From Pseudolabrys sp. (lineage in GTDB: Bacteria > Pseudomonadota > Alphaproteobacteria > Rhizobiales > Xanthobacteraceae): 64,000 bases of DNA. Below, piece by piece: positions 1 through 8,366 of the stretch (position 1 is its first letter; every line of letters begins with the position of its first letter). Below the pieces are notes generated by a model. It was not told the origin of the DNA. It searched no databases and was given only the letters and a program-made list of their open reading frames with translations. The translations under genes and the position numbers were made by a program. The stretch is taken from contig DATFXJ010000062.1 in NCBI GenBank assembly GCA_035315965.1, forward strand, positions 5,007 to 69,006, read 5' to 3'.

Positions 1-183
1 GGACGACTGCACAAGGAGCGTTGCAACGGCGCCCCAAAAAGCACCGCGCATCGGTGTTGCCGCCGCTTTCGCAAGCACCGTGCGCAGGGCGCAGCCGGCC
101 AGCGCCTTCAAACCGTCGGTCATGACCGTCATGCCAAGCAGAAACAAACCAACGCCGCCGAGGATGGAGATCGTCGTCGACAT
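1..183 (-). CDS. Na/Pi cotransporter family protein, N-terminus (runs off the window)
   Basis: Manual translation from ATG at 183 gives MSTTISILGGVGLFLLGMTVMTDGLKALAG...GAFWGAVATLLVQSS. GGVGLFLLGM and LVQSS are family motifs; AGGAG RBS upstream. Confidence 0.85.
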   Translation of the reverse strand, partial: MSTTISILGGVGLFLLGMTVMTDGLKALAGCALRTVLAKAAATPMRGAFWGAVATLLVQSS

Positions 184-316
184 GCGCGCTCCTAACCTAA
201 AATGAAAATTTCGCCGTCAATTGTAGTGTAGCCTCAACATGAAGGCCGCAACAGTGGCGACAAGCATTGACGATGGCACCAGAACCAACTACCGACAGCA
301 GAACCAGATGATCGCA

Positions 317-1219
317 CTACGATTCGCGGACAAGCGCGGCACGTGCGGCCAACAACTCCTTTTTCTTCTTCGCGTCGACTTGTGGGAATGTGAGGTCGAG
401 TTCCTCCACTGCGGCCACGATAGCTGCGGCAACCAAAAGCCGGGTGAACCATTTGTTGTCGGCCGGTACGACATACCACGGCGCGTGTTTCGATGCGGTA
501 GCGCGGATCGCCTCTTCGAAGGCATGCATGTAGTCGGGCCAAAATTTGCGTTCGTACACGTCGGAGGCGGAGAACTTCCAGTGCTTTTTCGGCTTATCGA
601 GTCGCTCCATAAAGCGATTCTTCTGCTCCTTGCGAGACACGTTTAGAAAGAACTTGAGAATGATGGTACCCTGCCGCGTGAGGTAGTCCTCGAAATGCAC
701 AATATCTGCAAGCCGCTCGTCCCAAATACGTTTGCTAACGAGCGATGGCGGCAACCTCTGGCGCTTGAGAATCTCCTCGTGCACGCGCACGATAAGCACT
801 TCTTCGTAGTAGGACCGGTTGAAGATCCCGATTCGTCCCCGCTCTGGGAGACACTTGGCGTACCGCCACATGAAGTCATGGTCGAGGTCCTCACGCGAGG
901 GCTGCTTGAACGAGAAGACCTGGCAACCCTGTGGATTCACGCCTGACATCACATGTTTGATCGTGCCGTCTTTGCCGGCCGCATCCATCGCTTGGAAAAC
1001 GAGCAATACCGACCAGCGGTCTTGCGCGTAGAGCATTTCTTGCTCTTCTGTGAGCCACGCAGTGCCGCGTTGGAGAAGTTCGGCCGCCTGGCCTTTGTCC
1101 ATCTTCAGGCCGCAAGTATCCCCGGGGTCGAAGTCTTTTAGTCGAAAGTCTTTGCCCTTGGTAATGCAGAACGGGCGGACGTACTTCTCAATCTGGTCCA
1201 GGATCTCTTTTCTGGGCAT
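317..1219 (-). CDS. ppk2: Polyphosphate kinase 2 family protein (probably class III)
   Basis: Walker A-like QAMDAAGKDG, FNRSYYEEVL and KHAPWYVVPADNKW motifs; single domain of 300 aa. Confidence 0.92.
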   Translation of the reverse strand: MPRKEILDQIEKYVRPFCITKGKDFRLKDFDPGDTCGLKMDKGQAAELLQRGTAWLTEEQEMLYAQDRWSVLLVFQAMDAAGKDGTIKHVMSGVNPQGCQVFSFKQPSREDLDHDFMWRYAKCLPERGRIGIFNRSYYEEVLIVRVHEEILKRQRLPPSLVSKRIWDERLADIVHFEDYLTRQGTIILKFFLNVSRKEQKNRFMERLDKPKKHWKFSASDVYERKFWPDYMHAFEEAIRATASKHAPWYVVPADNKWFTRLLVAAAIVAAVEELDLTFPQVDAKKKKELLAARAALVRES

Positions 1220-1295
1220 TAGCGTAACCTCCCTTTTGCGGGGACGCAGTGGAGCGCTAGATACTGAAAGGCACTTTGACCTTGTCGGTCGTGCT

Positions 1296-2177
1296 TTACT
1301 TTATTACGCGATCAAGGCTGCCAAAAGAACGCGATGGGTACACTGAAATAGGTCCCGACAATTTAGGAGGCGACCGGGGTGCTGCGGCAACAGATGTTGT
1401 ACTAATGCCGGGCGGGCAAGGACCGCTTGGATCGAGACTATCGCTAACCACCGGATTGAACACATAGCGCTGATCGCAAACAGCAACCAACGGCGGTCGC
1501 CATGTCGCAAAGAACGCATCGCTCCCCATTTTGAGCAATTCCCAAAACCGCACATTAGGGTCGTCCGCGTGGCGCGCCAAGTTTTGGGTTGTCATTCGGA
1601 AGGGAAAGGCTGCCAACTGAATTTTTTCTTGGCCGCCTTTGAAGGCTTCGTCGACTAGCCCGTAGATCTCTTCCATTTCATAATCTGTCATGGCGTAACA
1701 GCCGACTGACTTGCATCCGCCATGCACCATAAGAAAACTACCGGTTCGCCCAAGAGATTGATCAAAGGCATTGGGAAAACCAATATTAAAGGAGAGATAT
1801 TCACGCGAGTATGGATTCATTTGCTCTGGTGTAATGTCGTAAAAGCCTTCAGGCGCTTGGTGATCACCCTCGAGAATTTTTGGTCCAAGGTTTCCTGAAA
1901 ATTTGCAGATCGGATAGGATTTGAGCAGTGCAAACTCGCCGGTCCGATCCTGCTTCCAGATCTCTAACGTGCTTTCCTCCTTATAGATGTGGATGAGGAT
2001 TGGTGCAGCGCGGTCCATGTTGAGGCTTTCCATGTGACGGAGTGTCGACGTCCGGACTGTGCCCGTTCTCACTATCGGTTCGGTCCTGGAACGTGGGCCC
2101 GAACAACCAACAACATGCGCCGCGGTGACTGCGAGAATCAACGCTCTCACAAAAATGACGATTAATCTCACGCGCAC
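1296..2177 (-). CDS. L,D-transpeptidase family protein (YafK/DpaA-like)
   Basis: N-terminal hydrophobic segment with a Cys (possible lipobox), GDHQAPEGFY and catalytic HGGCKSVGC motifs. Confidence 0.88.
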   Translation of the reverse strand: MRVRLIVIFVRALILAVTAAHVVGCSGPRSRTEPIVRTGTVRTSTLRHMESLNMDRAAPILIHIYKEESTLEIWKQDRTGEFALLKSYPICKFSGNLGPKILEGDHQAPEGFYDITPEQMNPYSREYLSFNIGFPNAFDQSLGRTGSFLMVHGGCKSVGCYAMTDYEMEEIYGLVDEAFKGGQEKIQLAAFPFRMTTQNLARHADDPNVRFWELLKMGSDAFFATWRPPLVAVCDQRYVFNPVVSDSLDPSGPCPPGISTTSVAAAPRSPPKLSGPISVYPSRSFGSLDRVIK

Positions 2178-2342
2178 TCGCTAACCGACCGTTCACTCTG
2201 ACACATCAAGCGGCGACCCGCCCCGCCGCAATTCGATTAGGAAATGTTTATTTAACAATTAATTTTCACGGCGCTCTTTATCTGCTTTGTCTCGCTAGCT
2301 GATCGCGCTAAGCGATCAGCCGTGCTCGTAGCCGACGGACGC

Positions 2343-2785
2343 TCATGGCTTGGACTTCTTTTCCAACGCGGCCAAGCGGGCCTCGATTTCCGTAACCTCG
2401 AGTACGCGGACGTGAGAAGAAATCAAAGCCATGATTTCTGAGGCTTCACTCGGAGAGAGATTCCCCGCGGTCGGTACCAGTGATGAGCACGGGCTGCGTC
2501 TGCAGCAGTTTCGATTTTAATAGGTAACTCAAAACTCATCCCGCGCTCGCGTTTTGGTGCTAAGAGCCGGTCAAAACAAAGCCGCAAGGCAGCCGTATCG
2601 CCTTCCAAGGCTTTGTCGACCAACCTGCGAGTTATCGCCTCAGCTTCACCGTCCAGCAGGGCCTCGGCGATCATGGTGGCTTGGTTGCGCGATCCCTTCG
2701 GCCGTCCTTTTGGATTTCCGCTTTGCCCTGGTTCGAAAGGACGTCCCCGCTGTTTCACCGCTGTATTTTCAGCTTGATGGTCCAT
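2343..2785 (-). pseudogene. DUF5681-like protein (phage/terminase-small-subunit associated), frameshifted
   Basis: RGRPFEPGQSGNPKGRPKGSRN N-terminal motif. The expected C-terminus (NLSPSEASEIMALISSHVRVLEVTEIEARLAALEKKSKP*) is in another frame, ending at 2343. Confidence 0.7.
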
Positions 2786-3033
2786 AAAACCGCTCCTCTT
2801 TTAAACCAAACAGATCAATATTGGATTTGATGTTAAATTAAGTACTAACGTCGCAAGGAAAGTGCTTGGCTTTAACTTCTAGTCTTGCGCTCAACGGCGA
2901 TTATTCAGCCCAACTTTTGGGCTTTCGCGGCACCGTTAGACTGGGAAAGCGCTAGTCTACCTTTAACGACATCATTCCGGGCCAATGTCCGGGATGCGAA
3001 TGGCCGAACGAGGTCAATGAGGCCTAAGGGCGG

Positions 3034-4170
3034 CTATATGCAGATCCGGGCCACAGTATTTCTTGCTTCTACATATACGCGGTGGCGATGGACACGATCT
3101 TCATCGACATCGACACCGAGTCCGAGACGGTCGAGGTTGTCAACGTGGCCTTTGGCGGTCGGAACTGGTGCTGCAGCGACGTCCTCCGCGAGCCCGGTAT
3201 GCGTTAGCGTTAGTCCCCAGGCAATATTCGGGATGACGGCGGCAACGTGAAGCGCGGCCGCGCAGGCGACGCTCGATTCGCCGGTCTTGCAGGAAATATT
3301 CACGCTCATGCCGAGGCGGTCGCACAGACTTCCCGCTTCCGTCAGCGCACGGATGCCGCCCAATTTGATTGCCTTCAGGCTCACGCCGCGCGCAGCCTTG
3401 TGCTCGTAATGGCGTCTGATGTCTTCGAGCGAATGAATGCCTTCATCGGCGCCAATCGCAATGTCGGTTGCTGCAGCTACCGCGGCCATGCCGGCGAGAT
3501 CAGCAGCTGCCACCGGCTGTTCGAAGAAATCGAGCCCCGATCCGTTCACCGCTCGCACATAGGTGAGGGCCTGTTCCGTGGTGTAGCCCTGGTTCGCATC
3601 GGCGGAAATAAGCATGCCGCTGCCCAGCACCTTGCAAATTTCGCGCGTGCGTGCCGCATCGTCTACAGGCCTATCGATGCCGACCTTGATCTTGTAGGCA
3701 GTTACGCCTGCTGCCTTTTTCTCTTCGGCATCGCGCAGGTCGCTCTCGTAATCGCCGCCACCGATGACGCCGAGCAGCGACATGCGGCTGCGCTTTTTTT
3801 TGCCCAGCAGCGCATGCACCGGCTTTCCTGTCGCACGGCCGGTGAGATCATGCAGGGCAATCTCGATTGCAGCCTTGGCGCCGTGATTGCCATACATACG
3901 GGCGTCCATCACTGCCAGTGCGCCGGCAATGTCGCCTACATCGCGGCCTCGCAACGCTGCGGTTAGATAATGTACCGCGGAAACTATGCTCTCCAGCGTA
4001 TCGCCCGTCATTACCGGCGCCGAAGCCGCTTCGCCCCAGCCGATGAGTCCGTTATCCGCCTCGATCCGCACCAGCACGTTGTCCGCGCGGTGGACTTCCT
4101 CGCCCGCCATAATGACGGGCTTGAGCATCGGCAGACTGACTGCGATCGGCTCGATAGTTTTGATATGCAC
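3034..4170 (-). CDS. Enolase superfamily, muconate-lactonizing-enzyme-like protein
   Basis: GWGEA N-domain motif, KIK catalytic motif, metal ligands DAN, EQP and ADE, and second Lys in SLKAIK. Confidence 0.88.
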   Translation of the reverse strand: MHIKTIEPIAVSLPMLKPVIMAGEEVHRADNVLVRIEADNGLIGWGEAASAPVMTGDTLESIVSAVHYLTAALRGRDVGDIAGALAVMDARMYGNHGAKAAIEIALHDLTGRATGKPVHALLGKKKRSRMSLLGVIGGGDYESDLRDAEEKKAAGVTAYKIKVGIDRPVDDAARTREICKVLGSGMLISADANQGYTTEQALTYVRAVNGSGLDFFEQPVAAADLAGMAAVAAATDIAIGADEGIHSLEDIRRHYEHKAARGVSLKAIKLGGIRALTEAGSLCDRLGMSVNISCKTGESSVACAAALHVAAVIPNIAWGLTLTHTGLAEDVAAAPVPTAKGHVDNLDRLGLGVDVDEDRVHRHRVYVEARNTVARICI

Positions 4171-4274
4171 GGCTCACTCCCCGTCCATTCCGAATGCCGC
4201 AAAGCGGCGATCCGGAATGCACACTCTGCCGCAACGGTTATGGATTCCGGACCGCCTCGGAATAACGAATGTTG

Positions 4275-5291
4275 TCACAATTTTTGAATACCGGCCTGGT
4301 CAATAATTTCCTTAAACATGGTGATTTCTTTGGTCACGCGCGCCCACGCCGCGTTAGCGCCCTTCGCCCGCACCTGGAAACCGGACTGGTACAATTTCTC
4401 TTTCATCTCCGGCGTGCCAAGCACCTTGAGCGTTTCTGTTTCCAGCCATTTGATGATTTCCGACGGAGTTTTTGCGGGTGCCAGTAGAGTGGTATCGGTC
4501 GCGAAAACAAAATCCTTGTAGCCGGCTTCCACCATCGTCGGAACGTCGGGCAAGTCCGGCCAGCGGGTTTCGCCGGTTACAACAAGGCATCGCAGCGTCC
4601 CGGCCTTGATGTGCGGTGCGGCCGGCGGCAACGAACCAGAGCTTAATTGCGCTGTCCCGCTCAGCAAAGCTTGGATAGCGTCGCCACCGCCTTTGTAGAC
4701 AACGTTTTCCAGCTTGGGCAGTTTTTCACGGATCTTGAGAACTTCAAGCTGGATCTGTGGGGTGGTGCCAATCGGTGGCGTTGCGCAGTTGAACTTGTCT
4801 GGATTGGCCCGCGCCAGCGCAACAAATTCCTTTATCGTTTTCGCCGGCAGCTCCGATTTGACGACGAAGGTGTTGGGTGAGGTCGCCAATTCACTCACCC
4901 CCACGAAATCCTTGAGCGGATCGTACGGAATCTTGTTGTAAAGGCTGACATTGACAGACCAGGCATTGGTTGCGAGCAGGATTGTGTAGCCATCAGGGGT
5001 GGCATGCGCGGCATTGCCAAAACCGATGTTGCCCCCAGCGCCGCCGATATTTTCGATGATAAAAGTCTTGCCGGTCGATTGCTGAAGCGCGGCGGCTGTA
5101 ATACGGCCGACGATATCAGACGGTCCGCCGGGCGTATTGGCCACGACGATCTTCACTGGCCGGTCAGGGTAGGCGGCATAAACCGAGCGCACGCGCAAGA
5201 ATGTCGGTGCAGCGACGCCGGCAGCGAGGGCACCCGCGCCTTTGATGATAATGCGCCGCGACGGCAGGGAATGTCGGTTGGATTTTGTCAT
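4275..5291 (-). CDS. Bug/TctC tripartite tricarboxylate transporter substrate-binding protein
   Basis: Tat-like SRRIIIKG leader, YPDRPVKIVV, PGGPSD, ENIGGAGG and YKGGG motifs. Start moved to ATG 5291, which has a GAGGGGAGG RBS. Confidence 0.9.
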   Translation of the reverse strand: MTKSNRHSLPSRRIIIKGAGALAAGVAAPTFLRVRSVYAAYPDRPVKIVVANTPGGPSDIVGRITAAALQQSTGKTFIIENIGGAGGNIGFGNAAHATPDGYTILLATNAWSVNVSLYNKIPYDPLKDFVGVSELATSPNTFVVKSELPAKTIKEFVALARANPDKFNCATPPIGTTPQIQLEVLKIREKLPKLENVVYKGGGDAIQALLSGTAQLSSGSLPPAAPHIKAGTLRCLVVTGETRWPDLPDVPTMVEAGYKDFVFATDTTLLAPAKTPSEIIKWLETETLKVLGTPEMKEKLYQSGFQVRAKGANAAWARVTKEITMFKEIIDQAGIQKL

Positions 5292-5459
5292 CGTCCTCCC
5301 CTCAAGTTTTCGCATTATTTTCTGATTAGCGCCGTTATTTATCTTAGGCTAAGCTTTTGCGATTACTGGAGCAATGGTCCCTAAAACGAGCGCCGACAAT
5401 CAGATCAAAAAGATCAAATTTCACGCTATCTAAACGGCAGCGGCCCGGTCCTTCCGGTC

Positions 5460-5996
5460 ATGACAGATACCCAAACGCGAGTAACCACCTGGCATGAGAT
5501 CGTGCTCGCAACCCTGAAAGCGAACGACGTCAAACTCGTCGTTTACGTTCCCGACCGTGTGTTCACGCCGCTGATCAAAGCCATTCACGCCGACACATTT
5601 TTCACCACTTTTGCCGCGACCCGTGAAGAAGAGGCACTCGGCATCATCGCCGGCGCATGGATGGGCGGACTGCGCGGCGCGGCGCTGATGCAAACCAGTG
5701 GCTTCGGTACGATCCCGAATGCGCTCGCTTCTCTGGTCGTGCCCTGCCAGATCCCGGCACTCATCTTCGTATCGGAACGCGGCACACTTGGTGAGTTCAA
5801 TCTCGGCCAGGCACTCGTATGCAAGACCATGCGGCCGGTGCTCAACTCGCTTGCGGTGGAAAACATTACGATAACGCGCCTAGACGAGCTTGCGTTTACC
5901 GTCGACCGGTCGATCAAACAGGCTGTGGCGACGCAGGCGCCGGTGACCTTCATCCTCTCGCCGCTGCTGACCGGCGGCAAAGTATTCGAGGGATGA
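5460..5996 (+). CDS. ThDP-dependent decarboxylase alpha subunit (sulfopyruvate/phosphonopyruvate decarboxylase ComD-like)
   Basis: YVPD, TREEEALGIIAGA (cofactor-activating Glu) and MQTSG motifs of the PYR domain. Confidence 0.8.
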   Translation: MTDTQTRVTTWHEIVLATLKANDVKLVVYVPDRVFTPLIKAIHADTFFTTFAATREEEALGIIAGAWMGGLRGAALMQTSGFGTIPNALASLVVPCQIPALIFVSERGTLGEFNLGQALVCKTMRPVLNSLAVENITITRLDELAFTVDRSIKQAVATQAPVTFILSPLLTGGKVFEG

Positions 5997-6003
5997 GGTC
6001 ATC

Positions 6004-6630
6004 ATGACTGCGAAACCGGCCAGAGCGATAGGCGCACACAATGCCAAGGTGATGAACCGTTTCGAGTTGACCAAGCGGCTGGTTATGCAACTCAAACGCG
6101 ACGAAGCGGTCATCGGTGGTATTGGTAACGCCAATTTCGACCTGTGGGCGAGCGGTCAGCGCCCACAGAATTTTTATATGCTCGGCAGTATGGGCCTTGC
6201 TATTCCAATTGCGCTTGGGGTCGCCATCGCGCAGCCGCGCCGGCACGTGATTGCGCTCGAAGGCGAAGGCTCGCTACTGATGCAGCTCGGCTGTCTCGCC
6301 ACTGTCGCCGAACGCGCCCAGAAAAATCTGACTATCGTTGTGTGGGATAACGGCATCTATCAGATCACGGGCGGACAGCCGACGGCGAGCGCAACGGTCG
6401 CCGACCTTGTCGCCATCGCGCGCGGGGCCGGCATCGCAAACAGCGCCTGGGCTGCCGACGAAGCAAATTTCGATCAACTAACGGCATCCGCGCTCAAGGG
6501 CGAGGGGCCCAGTCTCATCGCCGCGCGCATCGACAACAAGCCGGCGGTGGCAACAACCGATCGCGATCCGGTGCAAATTCGGGAGCGCTTCATGCGCGGA
6601 CTGGGAGTAAAAGCCGGTCCCAACAGCTGA
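6004..6630 (+). CDS. ThDP-dependent decarboxylase beta subunit (ComE-like)
   Basis: FYMLGSMG and GEGSLLM...WDNGIY ThDP/Mg-binding region; 7 nt downstream of the alpha subunit. Confidence 0.8.
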   Translation: MTAKPARAIGAHNAKVMNRFELTKRLVMQLKRDEAVIGGIGNANFDLWASGQRPQNFYMLGSMGLAIPIALGVAIAQPRRHVIALEGEGSLLMQLGCLATVAERAQKNLTIVVWDNGIYQITGGQPTASATVADLVAIARGAGIANSAWAADEANFDQLTASALKGEGPSLIAARIDNKPAVATTDRDPVQIRERFMRGLGVKAGPNS

Positions 6631-6651
6631 AATCTGCAAGACGGGGGCAAT

Positions 6652-6862
6652 ATGGCGGAATTCGATGGCGTCGTGATTGGGGCCGGCCACAATGGCCTGA
6701 CGCTCGCCGCTTATCTTGCACGTGCCGGCTTGCGAGTCGCCGTGCTCGAGCGCAACGGCCGCATCGGAGGCGGCTGGTTACATCGCCGCCAACGCTATTG
6801 CCGACGACTTGCAGCTCAAGCGTGCCTGGAGGCCCATGCCTGCGCCGGAATGGAAGCATTGA
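6652..6862 (+). pseudogene. Phytoene-dehydrogenase-like FAD oxidoreductase with internal deletion
   Basis: N-terminal [33 protein letters not shown] joined out of frame to C-terminal [30 protein letters not shown] (TGA 6860-6862). Confidence 0.75.
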
Positions 6863-6996
6863 CGTAAAAGCTAGTGCCCACCGCCCTACTGCATTGCTGT
6901 TCGATGGTCGTCCCGCGTTGCGGTCGAGCTAGCCCTGTTTGACCCGGCTTTGCGCCCTCCCCGAATGACAATTGGGAGTCTGTGTCCGCGCCCGGC

Positions 6997-7497
6997 CTAC
7001 GCCAACGTCACCGTGTCGAAATTGGCCGGCATGATGATTTCCAGCAATTCGCAATCGTCGGAATAGCCGACCACGGCGTGCTTGATGCGCGGCGGCTGGA
7101 TCCAGCACGAGCCGGCATGGAACGTATGCGTGCCTTCGCCTTCGAACTCGCTCTTGATCCACCCCTTGAGCACATAGACCATCTGGAAATCGACGTCGTG
7201 ATAATGCCGCTTGGAGACTTCTTCCGGGCGGAACGGAGGAATAAAACGGATGACGTGCGCATGCACCATGCCATCGGTTGCCGTCGCGATACCGAGGTCG
7301 CGGTACTTGGCGTAAGAGCGCAGGCCCTGGTCGAAATCTTCCTCGCGATGATGGCTGAAGGTGAAACGCTGCGGCTTTCGCGCCTTCACGTGTGACGCCC
7401 CCGATGCGCGATGTGCACGTTTCGCGGATTTGACGGCGGTCTTTGTCTTCTTTGTTTTCGCCCTGCTTGCCTTTTCCTTGCGTTTTGCTTTCGCCAT
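6997..7497 (-). CDS. Cupin domain protein with Lys/Arg-rich N-terminal tail
   Basis: Cupin motifs HYHDVDFQMVYVLKG and GSCWIQPPRIKH. Confidence 0.85.
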   Translation of the reverse strand: MAKAKRKEKASRAKTKKTKTAVKSAKRAHRASGASHVKARKPQRFTFSHHREEDFDQGLRSYAKYRDLGIATATDGMVHAHVIRFIPPFRPEEVSKRHYHDVDFQMVYVLKGWIKSEFEGEGTHTFHAGSCWIQPPRIKHAVVGYSDDCELLEIIMPANFDTVTLA

Positions 7498-7517
7498 GAC
7501 AGGCCTCCTTGTGAACC

Positions 7518-7609
7518 GTCATGGCCGGGGCTTGTCCCGGCCGTCCCGCTCAAGGTGGCAACGCGGTTGCGCCCCTAAGTGAGATGCCCGCGATAAGCGC
7601 GGGCATGAC
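7518..7609. repeat. REP-like palindromic element, family A (CTTGTCCCGG core)
   Basis: GTCATG...CATGAC termini with internal GCCGGGGCTTGTCCCGGC and GCCCGCGATAAGCGCGGGC hairpins; homologous copies at 27309 and 50845. Confidence 0.8.
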
Positions 7610-7618
7610 AAGTGAAAG

Positions 7619-8314
7619 TCACTCCGCCGCCTCGGCTGCTCCGCCGTGCGCCTTCGACCAGCCCGCCGGATCGGCGATAAATTTCTCCACCTCTGCCAGC
7701 ATCGTCGGCTCGAATTTCCCGCTCGCTTTCGCAACCGCCAAAACGTGTTTCCAGGTGGTGAGCGGATGCAATCTGACGCCAAGGTCATCAAGGATTTTCT
7801 TACCTTGCGGGTAGATGTCGTAAAAGAAAATCACGAAGCAGTCATCGCACTTGCCGCCTGCTTCGCGCAGCGCGTTGATGAAGTTGACCTTGCTCTTGCC
7901 GTCGGTAGCGAGATCCTCGACCAGCAGCACGCGTTGGCCCGGAATTAATTGCCCCTCGATCTGAGCGCCGCGGCCGAAACCTTTCGGCTTTTTACGCACA
8001 TATTGCATCGGTAGGTGCATGCGGTCGGCCACCCAGGCCGCAAATGGGATGCCGGCGGTTTCGCCGCCCGCCACCGCGTCGATCTTATTGCGGCCGATTT
8101 CGCGTTCGATCGTGTGAACCGCAAAATTCATCAACGTCGAGCGGACGTCGGGAAACGACATCAGCCAGCGCGAGTCGTTGTAGACCGGGCTCGCCCAACC
8201 GCTCGTAAAGATGAACGGCTTGTCGCTCATAAAGCGCACAGCGCCGGTGTCGAGGTACATCCGCGCGGTTAACTCGGCGATGGTTTGCTTGTCGAGAAAC
8301 TGGTTTGACACCAT
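7619..8314 (-). CDS. pyrE: Orotate phosphoribosyltransferase
   Basis: FTSGWASPVYND, VRKKPKGFG and PRPP-binding VLLVEDLATDG motifs. Start set at ATG 8314. Confidence 0.88.
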   Translation of the reverse strand: MVSNQFLDKQTIAELTARMYLDTGAVRFMSDKPFIFTSGWASPVYNDSRWLMSFPDVRSTLMNFAVHTIEREIGRNKIDAVAGGETAGIPFAAWVADRMHLPMQYVRKKPKGFGRGAQIEGQLIPGQRVLLVEDLATDGKSKVNFINALREAGGKCDDCFVIFFYDIYPQGKKILDDLGVRLHPLTTWKHVLAVAKASGKFEPTMLAEVEKFIADPAGWSKAHGGAAEAAE

Positions 8315-8366
8315 GTTGTTTTGCGATCCGCAGACGCTACATGGCTCAGTCAAAGCACAAAACGCC

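Noticed and set aside
2298-2320. Perfect 9-bp hairpin as an intrinsic terminator
   Set aside because: No adjacent U-tract on either strand.
2230-2880. CtrA boxes in the AT-rich spacers
   Set aside because: The TTAA pairs present do not have the TTAA-N7-TTAA spacing.
6929-7522. 197-aa minus-strand ORF overlapping the cupin
   Set aside because: Alternative frame of the cupin gene with no recognisable motifs.
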